DNA from: a virus
Virus record (IMG/VR): IMGVR_UViG_3300043754_000046
Span: 9,981 to 73,980 of that record
Strand: one strand, 5' to 3'
DNA length: 64,000 nt
Shown: piece after piece, positions 16,145-25,545 of the stretch
Position numbering within the stretch: position 1 is the stretch's first letter
Layout of the letters: every line of letters starts with the position of its first letter
Notes under the pieces: generated by a model
Seen by the model: the letters and a program-made list of their open reading frames with translations, nothing else
Told to the model about the DNA's origin: nothing
The model's database searches: none
Translations under genes and position numbers: made by a program

Positions 16145-17773
16145 TCAGACTCCGCACACTCCGCCAACGCAGGCGTGCTCAGCACCAATCTCCTCCAACT
16201 CCATCCCCTCCCAGTACGCAGCCTCCTCGTACGGAACCACCGTCAGGGGCTGTCCCCCGCGTGAGCCGTCCGGATAGACCGTCACGCCACGCAGATCCGG
16301 CAGGTAGCTGTACAGCATGTGCCCGAACTGCGAGGGCGTGAAGGCTTGGTCGGCGAGGGCGGGAAGGTTCAGCGTCGAGCTGATCCCATGGTCCACCCAC
16401 TGCTGCACCCAGGCCTGGAAGGCGATGCGTCGCTCAGGGACGCGGGCCAGATCGTAGGCGGTCTCGATCTCTTCGGGGTCCAGGCCGTACTTGTCGATCA
16501 GACGCTTGGCGGTGGCGTCCACGACGTATTGGAAGTGCCACTTCGTCCCCTTCAGATACCGGCGCTTGAATGCGACGGCGAAGAGGGGCTCGATGCCGGT
16601 GGTGGTCTCCGCGATGATGCCGATCGTGCCGGTAGGGGCTATCGCCCGCGTCTTCACGGGCCGGGAGATCCCGAGCCGGTCCGCGTACCGCGCGGCGATC
16701 TCTGTGCTCTTGGCGTACTCGTCAAGCCAGGAGGCGAGTTCAGGGTTCGGCCCGTACGGCAGGCGCCGGGCGATCAGCCACTCATGGATCCCCATCAGCC
16801 CGAGACCCAGGCGCCGGTTCTTGGTACGCGTCTCAGCAACGCCCTCGTAGGGGACGAGGGAGTAGCAGGTACCGGCGAGGAGGTAGGCAGTACCCAGCTC
16901 GACCAGGCGCGCAAACTCTTCCTTGGATTCGACGCGGGCCATGTTGATCGAGCCCAAGTTGCAGATGTCGTTGTCGTCGGAGGACGTCACCTCAGTGCAC
17001 GCGTTCCTGAGGTTCTCTCCTGCGTTCAGCCCGACGTCCACGGAGAAGCCCGGCTCGGCGGTGGTCAGCATGTGCTCTACCACCTCCCAGTAGACACGCT
17101 GGGCCCAGTCGTGCATCTCGTGGCCGGGCTCTTCGTAGGCGTCGAAGAAGGCGTCGTCCAGGATCACCGAGATGTTGGTGCCGTCCATGGGCGCCGAAGC
17201 GTTGAAGTCTCTCTCCTTCATGGCCTTCACGTCCTCAGACCAGTCCTTGAGCCGGATGAACTCGAAGACGTCGGGGTGATGCCAGTGGAGTCCTGCCCAG
17301 ATGGCGGACCGGCGACTGCCGCCTTGCATGATGTGACGCCCGGCCTCATTGACCATCTGCATGAGCGCAATGGGACCTGTCGACGTGCCGCCCATCCCCT
17401 TCACGGGGGCGCCAGACTCCCGGAGCGCCGAGTAGACGATGCCGATGCCAGCGCCGGTCATGAGCCCCGACGTGATCCGGTGCATCAGGTCCGCCCAGCC
17501 CTCGCGAGAGTCCTCAACCTTCAGAAGGAGGCAGTTCTGAGTCTGGTGGAATCGCTTCCCGGTGGCGTACAGGTAACGGCCGCCGGGCATGAACTTCCGG
17601 GCCGCGACGGCGTCGACCATCTCGTCCACCAGCTCGGGGAAGTACGGCTTCATGACAGTACCGACGACCCGCCGGGCAGTGTCCTCCCAAGTCTCACCGT
17701 CCTGGGCATATTTCTGCCGGTAGATCGTTTCCGCGAAGGTGCTCATGGTGCTGGCGGAATTGGTAGCTGTCAT
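16145..17773 (-). CDS. nrdJ: Class II (B12-dependent) ribonucleotide reductase
   Basis: TQNC, GAGIG, SRRSA, NACTE (NxCxE), ICNLGS, APTGT, ISSTLN, C-terminal CVGGVC; no small-subunit gene nearby. Confidence 0.88.
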   Translation of the reverse strand: MTATNSASTMSTFAETIYRQKYAQDGETWEDTARRVVGTVMKPYFPELVDEMVDAVAARKFMPGGRYLYATGKRFHQTQNCLLLKVEDSREGWADLMHRITSGLMTGAGIGIVYSALRESGAPVKGMGGTSTGPIALMQMVNEAGRHIMQGGSRRSAIWAGLHWHHPDVFEFIRLKDWSEDVKAMKERDFNASAPMDGTNISVILDDAFFDAYEEPGHEMHDWAQRVYWEVVEHMLTTAEPGFSVDVGLNAGENLRNACTEVTSSDDNDICNLGSINMARVESKEEFARLVELGTAYLLAGTCYSLVPYEGVAETRTKNRRLGLGLMGIHEWLIARRLPYGPNPELASWLDEYAKSTEIAARYADRLGISRPVKTRAIAPTGTIGIIAETTTGIEPLFAVAFKRRYLKGTKWHFQYVVDATAKRLIDKYGLDPEEIETAYDLARVPERRIAFQAWVQQWVDHGISSTLNLPALADQAFTPSQFGHMLYSYLPDLRGVTVYPDGSRGGQPLTVVPYEEAAYWEGMELEEIGAEHACVGGVCGV

Positions 17774-18243
17774 CAGCCGTCTCCTTGCTGAACATCGTGC
17801 GCATGCATCACGATGTTGCGGGCGTTAAAGTTATTGGTCCTCGCTGACGCGATTTGGCGTGCTGCTGGTACCTTGCCGACGTTCTCGTCCCGGATGCTGG
17901 GCCCAGATCCGGTCTGTACGAGCGGGTATCCGCAGTCGAAGCAGCGAGCCTTGGCATTGGGCTGTGCCGGATGCGTGCCGTAGTTTTCGCTCTGGCACAT
18001 GGGACACCTGTCGGCATGCCGCGCCCACTCCACCCGGTTCAGTGCCTGCTGTGCCCGGTCCTCCTCGCTCAGCTCCGTCTGCTGAGCCGGTGGGGTTGGC
18101 TGGACCTGCTGCTGCGGGGCCTGGCGGTTGGGGACGTTGACCACTGGACGGTCCCACCAGGGAGTACTCGTTGACGGCGCCGGTGGCGGGGTGGTCTGTT
18201 GCGGCTGCGAGGTGCCAAGCACTCGGTCCCAGAAATCAGGCAC
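17773..18243 (-). CDS. Zinc-ribbon protein
   Basis: CPMC...CFDCGY after a Pro/Gln-rich region; start corrected to GTG 18243. Confidence 0.7.
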   Translation of the reverse strand: MPDFWDRVLGTSQPQQTTPPPAPSTSTPWWDRPVVNVPNRQAPQQQVQPTPPAQQTELSEEDRAQQALNRVEWARHADRCPMCQSENYGTHPAQPNAKARCFDCGYPLVQTGSGPSIRDENVGKVPAARQIASARTNNFNARNIVMHAHDVQQGDG

Positions 18244-18646
18244 GAACGACCACTCCCCCGGCAGTTCCAGGAATGAGGAGACCCTTGTCAACTAGGTCAG
18301 CGATTATCGCCGTTGCGCCGATGCAGATGAGGGATGCCCACTGAGGGGCCACCTCGTCTCTGTCTGAGTCTTGAGGGTCCAGCATACCCCTGGCGGCAAT
18401 TTCTCCTGCTAGTCCGGCGAGGATCTGAATGCGTCCGACAATGAGCGTCAGCGCCTCCAGTCGGTCGTGCGACGCGACGTGCTCCATATCGCGCACTTCC
18501 TCGCTCGCGCGCATGAGGCCCATCAGCTTGTAGAAGTCGAAGTCGCCTGACTGGTAGAAGTGCTCGTGGGTGAACATGTCCCAGGTCAACTGGCGCTTTG
18601 TGGCGAGCAGATCGGGGGTTTCGAAGTCCATGCTCTGGCCTCTCAT
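18236..18646 (-). CDS. Hypothetical protein (136 aa)
   Basis: ATGA overlap with the polymerase stop. Confidence 0.65.
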   Translation of the reverse strand: MRGQSMDFETPDLLATKRQLTWDMFTHEHFYQSGDFDFYKLMGLMRASEEVRDMEHVASHDRLEALTLIVGRIQILAGLAGEIAARGMLDPQDSDRDEVAPQWASLICIGATAIIADLVDKGLLIPGTAGGVVVRA

Positions 18647-20739
18647 TTTGCTTCGGCCCAGGTACGGCCGATGTGGGCGTCAGAAATCAGTGGAACACGG
18701 ATGAGGTCTTGGGTTGTCGGCCCGCACATGGCCTTCTCCAGCATGTTCTTGGCGTCCTCGGCCCGGTGTTCTGGGGCCAGTACCACAAGCTCGTCATGCA
18801 CGGTGAGGATGAGCTGGATGCGGTCTTCCTTGAGCCCGTGCTGGGCGTAGTCGGCCTCGAAAGCCTTGTCCGCCTGGATCATGGCGAGTTTGATGAGATA
18901 GGCCGCAGATCCCTGGATCAGCGAGTTGACTGCTTGTCTCTCGGCCTTGGACTGGATGGACCAGACGCGGCTTTCGAACTGCTTCTCGTTGTAGCGCTCG
19001 CTCTTGAAGGTCCGTCGGGCAGCAGCTACGGCTCCTCTGCGGGTGATCTCCGGCAGGCGGCGGAACTGGCCGCTGAGCGTGCGGATGTGCGGGTTCTCGC
19101 GGCTGCGGCAGCGTTCGACCACGCGCTCGGTGAAGGCGTAGATCTCCGGGAAGAGCTTGCGGTGGAGCTCCAGGAACTTCTTGGCTTCCTTCAGGGTGAT
19201 GCCTGCCATCGAGGCGACCTTGGCTGCTCCGGCGCCGTATACGACGGCGAAGTTCAGGCCCTTGGCGGTCTGCCGCATTTCCTTGGTGACGTCTTCGAAG
19301 CCGACTCCGTAGACCGCCGCTGCGGTGGAGGTGTGGGCGTCGACTCCGGCCATGAAGCCGTCGAAGAGCCGCCCATGCCCGATGTAGTGCGCCAGGACGC
19401 GAAGTTCGATCTGGCCATAGTCGGCGACGACGAGGCGGTAGCCGTCCGGAGCTTCAAAGGCCTCTCGGAATTTCTTTCCGAACTCTCCGTGTGTGGGGAT
19501 ATTCTGCAAGTTCGGTTCGGAGCTGCTGAATCTACCGGTGACAGTTCCGTGCTGTTTGAACTGGCAATGAATGCGGCCGTCGAAGATGATCGAGGGTGTG
19601 CCCTTTTCGGAGTCTCCCAGGTACTTTTTGAGATAGCCGAGTAGCGTGTCGAGCTCTGAGTGCCTGAGGAGTGCCTGAACTACCGGATTGTCGGCATGCG
19701 CTTCGAGGGATTCGGCGTCCGTCGAGTAGTCATTGATGCCCAGTTCTTTACCGAGCTGCTTCTTCTTTTTTCCGGCTGGCGTCAACTTGATCGGCTTCAG
19801 GCCTTGGCCGCCGGATTGCTTGCTCCCGTAGAGGATCTGCTGTTTTTGCGGAACGGATCCGATGTCGAATTTCTTGCCCGCAGCCCTGTAGATGTCCGCC
19901 TTGAGATGGTCCAGGGTCTCGGTGAACTCTTCCCTGAGCTGCTCGAAGCGCTTTCGGTTGACTGGGGCCCCAGGTATCGCCATGCGCGATACAACGCCGA
20001 TGATCTCTTCCTCGACGGCCAGGGTGTGTTCGAGGTCGGCTGGTCCCACCTGCGGCGTGAAGAAGCGGTCCAGGATCCAGGTGTATCGAGCATCCAGGAA
20101 GGCGTATTTGCCGACCGTCTTGAGGGTGTGCTTGGTGATGTCCTTTCCGACTTCTTCCGTGTCGTACTTGACGCCGAAGTAGTTCTCGGTGAGTTCCTTG
20201 AGGCCCTTCTTCGGTACGAAGTAGTGTTTGCCCGTCTTCTCGCTGAGAACTCTGGCCTCGAAGTTCTCGTTCAGGAGCCACTGTTTGACGATGATGTCCG
20301 AATGGGGACCCGGTGGAATTTTCCCGCCGTAGTATTTCGCAATGGACACGAGGTCGAACGGGAGGTTGGCGCCGATCTTCCTGCGGTCCGAAAAGAAGAG
20401 CGGCTCCAGGAGCTCGAATACCTTCGACGGTCTGAGCTGATCAGGCGCCGCAGAGAATACGGCCGGGATCGGATCGAACTTCCCTGTCGTCCGATTCTTT
20501 TTTCGTGTCGCCTTGGAGATCAGCGTGTTGCCGTTGGGGTGGCCGAACGGGATTGCAACGGACGCTCCGTGCGTTGCCAGGGATATCCAGGCCAGTTCCG
20601 TCTTCGCCGGAATAAGACTGAAGGGGCCCATGCCTTCTGTGTCAAAGGCGAAAGCATCGAACCGGCTGAAGTGCTCGACCACCTTGCGGAGTTGCTCCTC
20701 CGTGGTGATTATGTCGGGAAACAAGGCGGCTCCAGACAA
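18643..20739 (-). CDS. polA: Family A DNA polymerase with 3'-5' exonuclease, no 5' nuclease domain
   Basis: FDTEG (ExoI), TGRFSSSEPNLQNIP, ADYGQIELR (A), AKGLNFAVVYG (B), VHDELV (C); TTG start inferred. Confidence 0.95.
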   Translation of the reverse strand: MSGAALFPDIITTEEQLRKVVEHFSRFDAFAFDTEGMGPFSLIPAKTELAWISLATHGASVAIPFGHPNGNTLISKATRKKNRTTGKFDPIPAVFSAAPDQLRPSKVFELLEPLFFSDRRKIGANLPFDLVSIAKYYGGKIPPGPHSDIIVKQWLLNENFEARVLSEKTGKHYFVPKKGLKELTENYFGVKYDTEEVGKDITKHTLKTVGKYAFLDARYTWILDRFFTPQVGPADLEHTLAVEEEIIGVVSRMAIPGAPVNRKRFEQLREEFTETLDHLKADIYRAAGKKFDIGSVPQKQQILYGSKQSGGQGLKPIKLTPAGKKKKQLGKELGINDYSTDAESLEAHADNPVVQALLRHSELDTLLGYLKKYLGDSEKGTPSIIFDGRIHCQFKQHGTVTGRFSSSEPNLQNIPTHGEFGKKFREAFEAPDGYRLVVADYGQIELRVLAHYIGHGRLFDGFMAGVDAHTSTAAAVYGVGFEDVTKEMRQTAKGLNFAVVYGAGAAKVASMAGITLKEAKKFLELHRKLFPEIYAFTERVVERCRSRENPHIRTLSGQFRRLPEITRRGAVAAARRTFKSERYNEKQFESRVWSIQSKAERQAVNSLIQGSAAYLIKLAMIQADKAFEADYAQHGLKEDRIQLILTVHDELVVLAPEHRAEDAKNMLEKAMCGPTTQDLIRVPLISDAHIGRTWAEAK

Positions 20740-20750
20740 ACGCGTGCCCC

Positions 20751-20780
20751 TCCCCGGAAATCCCAGAACGTTTCCGGGGA
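20751..20780. terminator. Inverted repeat between the SSB and polA genes
   Basis: TCCCCGGAAA / TTTCCGGGGA. Confidence 0.45.
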
Positions 20781-20800
20781 GGGGCTGAAAGTGGTGAGAC

Positions 20801-21682
20801 TCAGGCGATCTCGTCGGCGATCTTGTCGAGCTCCTTGTACGACGGAATCGGATAGATCTCGTCGTCATACAGCTCGAATGCGTCGCGCTGCTTGTCGGAC
20901 AGCGGCTTGAGGTCCAGATCTTCCAAGTCTTCCTCGAAGAGGGGTTCCAGGAAGTACTTCGTGTTCAGCCCTGTGCCCTTGGTGGAGACCTCGATGTAGA
21001 TATCGGTGAGCGCCGTCTTGCGTCCGATACTCTTGTCGATCATCTCCAGCATTTCCGAGATCTTCGGGCCGATTTCCCAGACTTCGTGGGACGGCTTCTC
21101 TCCTTCACGCAGGACCGCGACATTGAGGTAGGCCTTGGCGCCATTGGGCTTATGTCCCACATCGCAGAGAGGACAACCGGAGTCGTCGGCTTCCTCGTCA
21201 GCCTCCAGCGAGCCCAAGCACATGTAGGCTCGCTTCCCCTCGTCCAGGTCCACCCAGTGCCTCCCGAAGACGGCAAAGGGTTCGGCCTCCAGGAGGGCCA
21301 CGACCTGGGCTTCAGAGGAGGGCTTGAACTTGGTCTCGAAATCGCTGCTGGCGGCCTTGACCTTCTGGTAGCCGTCCCAGCCACGGGCCATGCGGCGACC
21401 AGGAGCGCGATCGGCGCGACCACTGCGCCCGGTTCCGGTCCGGCCTGCGGGGCGGCGGCGAGCGGGGCGCTCCTCTTCGTCGTCATTCCGAGAGGTGCGA
21501 CGTCGGGCACGTGGAGCTTCTTCCACGTCCTCATCGTCGTCCTCCTCATCCGGCTCAGGCTCCGGACGGCGACGGCGAGGCTTGGTCTCCTCCTCGTCCT
21601 CCGCCACGCGTCGCCTGCGGCGGGGCGTCTCGTCCTCATCCGGCTCGGGTTCCGGTCGGCGACGGCGGGTGGCTGCTGCCAT
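20801..21682 (-). CDS. Probable ssDNA-binding protein with a charged disordered N-terminus
   Basis: Core HWV...YMC...CPLC...YLNVAVL...WEIG...GTGLNTKY and acidic tail resemble gp32-like phage SSBs; the first roughly 95 aa are alternating Arg and Asp/Glu blocks. Confidence 0.6.
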   Translation of the reverse strand: MAAATRRRRPEPEPDEDETPRRRRRVAEDEEETKPRRRRPEPEPDEEDDDEDVEEAPRARRRTSRNDDEEERPARRRPAGRTGTGRSGRADRAPGRRMARGWDGYQKVKAASSDFETKFKPSSEAQVVALLEAEPFAVFGRHWVDLDEGKRAYMCLGSLEADEEADDSGCPLCDVGHKPNGAKAYLNVAVLREGEKPSHEVWEIGPKISEMLEMIDKSIGRKTALTDIYIEVSTKGTGLNTKYFLEPLFEEDLEDLDLKPLSDKQRDAFELYDDEIYPIPSYKELDKIADEIA

Positions 21683-21922
21683 TTACTGTTCCTCCAGTGC
21701 GGGATGAACGAGGGCGAAGCTGTCAGCCTCTTCCGGGACCAGAGAGCGCGCCCTTCTACGGTGAGAGAGAAGAAGGGCGTCCAACTCGCGCAGTCCGAAA
21801 TCGTGCGGCGACTCGCCCGCATCGACGGCATCTTCGTCCGTGAATTCGATACCGGCCTTGCATTCGACAAATTCAAAGTTGCCGAGGTTAACGCGTTCGG
21901 TTACCTCAAGGGTGTACTTCAT
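21683..21922 (-). CDS. Hypothetical protein (79 aa)
   Basis: MKYTLEVTERVNLGNFEF...; GAGG RBS. Confidence 0.7.
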   Translation of the reverse strand: MKYTLEVTERVNLGNFEFVECKAGIEFTDEDAVDAGESPHDFGLRELDALLLSHRRRARSLVPEEADSFALVHPALEEQ

Positions 21923-21923
21923 G

Positions 21924-22430
21924 TCACCTCAGCTGCCGCGCCTGCTTCGGGGAATCCATTTCCAGGGCCCCGTGCAGGGGCTTGTCCGACAGGTCGCGAA
22001 AGAGCTGCCTCACGCGGTCCTTGAAATGGGTCGTGCTCAGCGGGGGGCCCAGTCGTGGATAGAGGATTCCCTCTTCCTCGGCGATCTTCCGCATGCCTTC
22101 AATCTGAGGGCGCGAGTAAATGCGGTGGCGCATCTGAGGGTGATCTGAAGCAGAGCGGTCTGGGAGCGGGACAACTCCCTTGTCCTCCCACAACCGGATG
22201 GTCACCGGACTTCGATTCAGCGCCTTGGCGAGATGCCCGACCGCGAAGACCTCGTAGTAGCGTCCATTGCGTTCGACGCTACGAGGCCTAGCATCCCAGT
22301 CCGAGGTGTCGACGCTCTTCGGCTCGGGTGTAGATGGGCGTCGTCTGACGGGCGCCGTCGGGCGTTCGATCTTCTGACTGCTGCCCGGGTAGAACGCGTC
22401 CAGAGCGGCGAGTTCCTGTTCCCAGCTCAT
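21924..22430 (-). CDS. MerR-like helix-turn-helix DNA-binding protein
   Basis: FAVGHLAKALNRSPVTIRLWEDKGVVP...RHRIYSRPQIE follows the MerR winged-HTH pattern. Confidence 0.75.
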   Translation of the reverse strand: MSWEQELAALDAFYPGSSQKIERPTAPVRRRPSTPEPKSVDTSDWDARPRSVERNGRYYEVFAVGHLAKALNRSPVTIRLWEDKGVVPLPDRSASDHPQMRHRIYSRPQIEGMRKIAEEEGILYPRLGPPLSTTHFKDRVRQLFRDLSDKPLHGALEMDSPKQARQLR

Positions 22431-22852
22431 TCGGCTACCGGCTTGAAAGCGTACGTCGTCTTGGTATCGAAGACGCTGTCTACCTCGTCAGCGGTCAGCT
22501 TGTCACGCTGATAGGCGGCGTAGAAGGCATCGGGGTCGAACTCCTCGACCATCCTGACGACTTCATTCCTGATGCCCTTGGACTCGGCCAGCTCCAGGGC
22601 GCGTTCTGAGTTCAGCGTCGTCGTCGTACGCGCCTCACGCTTGATGCCCTTGTACTGCGTTCCACCGACCTCGACCCTGCTGGGGAGGGAATAGTGGATG
22701 TTGCCCTTCTCGTCCTTGTCGCCCTGCTCAACGACCGTCACCATGAGGTCATCGCGCAGCCGGTTCGCCCGTGATGTCTCCAGGTCGGCCCGGTCTTTGA
22801 AGGTTTTCCACTGGCGGAACTTTTCCGATATCGGATGGGACTCCATAGCCAT
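22427..22852 (-). CDS. Hypothetical protein, first gene after operator copy 2
   Basis: AGGAG RBS; coupled to the next gene. Confidence 0.75.
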   Translation of the reverse strand: MAMESHPISEKFRQWKTFKDRADLETSRANRLRDDLMVTVVEQGDKDEKGNIHYSLPSRVEVGGTQYKGIKREARTTTTLNSERALELAESKGIRNEVVRMVEEFDPDAFYAAYQRDKLTADEVDSVFDTKTTYAFKPVAE

Positions 22853-22924
22853 GCAGGCTCCTCACCTGGCCCGCAGGGGCCCCGGGTCACTACGCCGGAA
22901 CCCCTGCGTCACTTCGGTGCGCTC

Positions 22925-22967
22925 AGCCTACAGAGTTGACCAACTATCTGGCAACTAGTTGGTCAAC
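22925..22967 (-). promoter_or_regulatory. Operator/promoter repeat, copy 2 (heads the SSB-polA-nrdJ operon)
   Basis: GTTGACCAACTAG-TTGCCA-GATAGTTGGTCAACTCTG-TAGGCT; identical to copy 1 up to the -10 hexamer. Confidence 0.8.
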
Positions 22968-23764
22968 GTCTTCTGTCGTTGTAGTACCGGATCCCCATAC
23001 AGGTCGGTCCATGCCTCTTTGACCAACACTCCTGCCCACTTATGCGTCGGCGGCTCAGGCCCTCCTGCCTCGTGCAGGGCCATGAGCTTCTTGTGGAAGG
23101 CTGCGCCGGGAAACTCGCTCCACTGTCGGTCGGCGGCCTTCCAATCCACGACGTGCTGACGCGCGAGGCTGCGCAAATCGTCCTTGGTGCCCAATGTCAA
23201 GACGTTCGCCTCCTCAGGCAAGGGTTCCTCCACGGCTTCGGCGGGCTCTTCCTCCACAACAAGGACTTCCTGGGGTTCTGTTTGTGGATCTACATCCGCA
23301 ACTACGGGAGCAGCGGCCGGAGATGTCGTGAGCGCCCGGTAGATCTGCCGCATCAGTGCGGAAAAGGCAAGCAGCGCCGCGACGGGCGGGACAGCAGCCA
23401 CAACGCGGACTGTGGTGTCGACGTGGCCCACGGACACCACGTTCAGGGCAATCGACGCAGTTGAGCCGCTGCCCACCAGGAACATGGCAAACCAGTCGAG
23501 CTGGCGCAGAAGGCTGGCGCGGAGGATCAGCAGCTCGCCAACCACGATGAAGGCGTCGATGGTTGCGGGCCATGCCCATGCTCGCGCGCCACGCAGATGG
23601 TGGGTTGCCGCAAGATCGTGCAGAGCGGCGTAGCTGAGCCAGAAGGTAACGGCGGTCAGGCCAACTGTGAGATAGGCGGCGCCGACGGCAAGCCAGTGAA
23701 TGTAGGGAGAGGGTGCGGCCAGCGAAGGCTCTCCCGTACGCTGTGACCAGCGCATAGGTGGCAT
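22955..23764 (-). CDS. DUF2637-family membrane protein (actinomycete plasmid/AICE type)
   Basis: FWLSYAALHDLA...AWAWPATIDAFIVVG...SIALNV...AAVPPVAALL; four TM segments. Confidence 0.8.
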   Translation of the reverse strand: MPPMRWSQRTGEPSLAAPSPYIHWLAVGAAYLTVGLTAVTFWLSYAALHDLAATHHLRGARAWAWPATIDAFIVVGELLILRASLLRQLDWFAMFLVGSGSTASIALNVVSVGHVDTTVRVVAAVPPVAALLAFSALMRQIYRALTTSPAAAPVVADVDPQTEPQEVLVVEEEPAEAVEEPLPEEANVLTLGTKDDLRSLARQHVVDWKAADRQWSEFPGAAFHKKLMALHEAGGPEPPTHKWAGVLVKEAWTDLYGDPVLQRQKTLTN

Positions 23765-23904
23765 CTCCTATATAGATGCGGATCTGTGTGTCAGTCGGCC
23801 CCGTGGGAGGTGAGAGTCCCCGGGGTCGACGTCTTTGTGCCGGTGTGAGAGCCCGGCAGACGGTCATGGTACAGCCTGTCAAGTCGAGCTGACCGGCCCA
23901 AGGT

Positions 23905-25545
23905 TCAGGCGGCTGTCCGGGCGAGGTGAGCGGTGAGGGTCTCCACGTCGTTCTCGATCTCCCCGCGTGAGTTCGCGCCCCGTCTGTCCAGCGCGGCCGA
24001 AGCGACGCGTCGTTTCAGTTCGAGCTGTGCTCGCTTCCTCACTTCAAGGGTGTCCTCCACGAGCATGTTGATGACGTGGACCGTCCCCCACTCGCTGGAC
24101 GTTCGGCGGTGGCGGCTGTTGCGCTGGTCCTGCGCTCCGGCGGACACGGCGTAGTCCATGTTGATCAGGTGTGACGCCTCGGGCAAATCCAGCCCGTACC
24201 CACCGGCATCGCTCGCCAGGAAGAGACGGCATGCCAGGTCCCGACTGAACCGCTGCTTCGCCGCCGCCTTCGCGGCCGGACTGAGCTGGCCGTGATAGAC
24301 CACTGAGCCGTACTCGGAGAGAGCCTCCTGGAGGATCGCCGTCATGTCCCGGAAGAAGCTGAAGACGATCACCTTGTGATCCGGTGCTTCCGTGAGGATG
24401 TTTCTCGTCTCCTGCAAAAGCACATCGACCTTCGGGAAAATGGCCAGCCCGTCGAGAACGCCGTCTGCCACCACCTGGTAGGCGTACTTCGACCCCGGCC
24501 AGGTCTTCTTCTCAACGCCTTCCTGCCGCTGCTTCTCGCTCTCCTCATAGTCCCGGGCGCTCTTTCGCAGGAGGTCTGGGTGGTTGAGGAGCATCTGAGC
24601 TGCGAGCATGCGCGCCATGACTTTCCCCTGAGCGGAGTTCTCATTGGGCTGCTTACTGCCTGAGTAGTAGGCAGCCAGGTCAAAGCTGCCGAAGCCCATG
24701 CGCGCTTTCTCCAGCTCCGCCGACAGGTCGGCGGCAATACGCCTATAGGCTCGCCGGGTATCCGGATCAAGCTTCACCTGGCGCTCGGAGTAGTGCACGC
24801 GCGGCATGAACGGCGAAACCTCCGGGTCTTCCGCCGTCTTACGTGCCATGGCCTCAGAAAGGATTTCGTGGAAGAGATCCATCTGCTTGTACCGCTTGAC
24901 GGCGCCGAACGGGTTCCGCTCGATGAACGTCTTGTCGAACAGGTCCCACCGCCCGAGGACATCGGGATCGACCCACTCCATGATGGAGTAGATCTCCTCC
25001 GGTTTGCCGTTTTCAATCGGCGTGCCGGTGAGTGCGAACCGGTAAGGAGCCCATAGACGCTTGATCTTCTTCGTACGCTCAGCTTTGAAAGTCTTGATGG
25101 CCGTGGCCTCGTCCAGCACAATGCACTGCACGTCGAGGTTCTTGATGTACCGCCAGTCATCGATGATCGAGTCGTAAGAGCAAATCACGTACTCCGGCTG
25201 CGACTCTTGGATCTGCTGGTAGAGCCGGGCCCTCTTCTCCTTGGTGCCCTCCACGATGACGCACTGGTCCTCGGACGGAACCCTGACATGCTGGTCCTTG
25301 ACTTTCAGCCAGCGGCGGCGCACGTCGGTGAAGTTAGCGATGGCCTGTGCCCACTGGAGTCGGAGAGAGGAGAGGGCCACGATCAGCGTGGTCGTGACCT
25401 CACCCTCCCCCATCAAGTCCTCAACAGCGGCCAGTGCAATAACGGTTTTCCCCGTGCCCTGTTCATAGGCCAGCAGCAGCGAGCCGCGATCCACCATCCG
25501 ATCAACAGCCTCGTCCTGGTACGGTCGCAGCTCGCCGACAAACAT
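23905..25545 (-). CDS. SNF2-like SF2 helicase
   Basis: LRPYQ, EQGTGKT (variant Walker A), VLDEAT, ALTGTPIEN, SDAGGYGLDL, QRNSRHRR. Confidence 0.9.
   Translation of the reverse strand: MFVGELRPYQDEAVDRMVDRGSLLLAYEQGTGKTVIALAAVEDLMGEGEVTTTLIVALSSLRLQWAQAIANFTDVRRRWLKVKDQHVRVPSEDQCVIVEGTKEKRARLYQQIQESQPEYVICSYDSIIDDWRYIKNLDVQCIVLDEATAIKTFKAERTKKIKRLWAPYRFALTGTPIENGKPEEIYSIMEWVDPDVLGRWDLFDKTFIERNPFGAVKRYKQMDLFHEILSEAMARKTAEDPEVSPFMPRVHYSERQVKLDPDTRRAYRRIAADLSAELEKARMGFGSFDLAAYYSGSKQPNENSAQGKVMARMLAAQMLLNHPDLLRKSARDYEESEKQRQEGVEKKTWPGSKYAYQVVADGVLDGLAIFPKVDVLLQETRNILTEAPDHKVIVFSFFRDMTAILQEALSEYGSVVYHGQLSPAAKAAAKQRFSRDLACRLFLASDAGGYGLDLPEASHLINMDYAVSAGAQDQRNSRHRRTSSEWGTVHVINMLVEDTLEVRKRAQLELKRRVASAALDRRGANSRGEIENDVETLTAHLARTAA

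Noticed and set aside
16319-17791. Long plus-strand ORFs (e.g. 16319-17791, 11071-12432, 18598-19644, 43351-44706, 60305-61069)
   Set aside because: They lie antisense to well-supported minus-strand genes, have no recognisable motifs, and are the expected shadow of GC-rich third codon positions.
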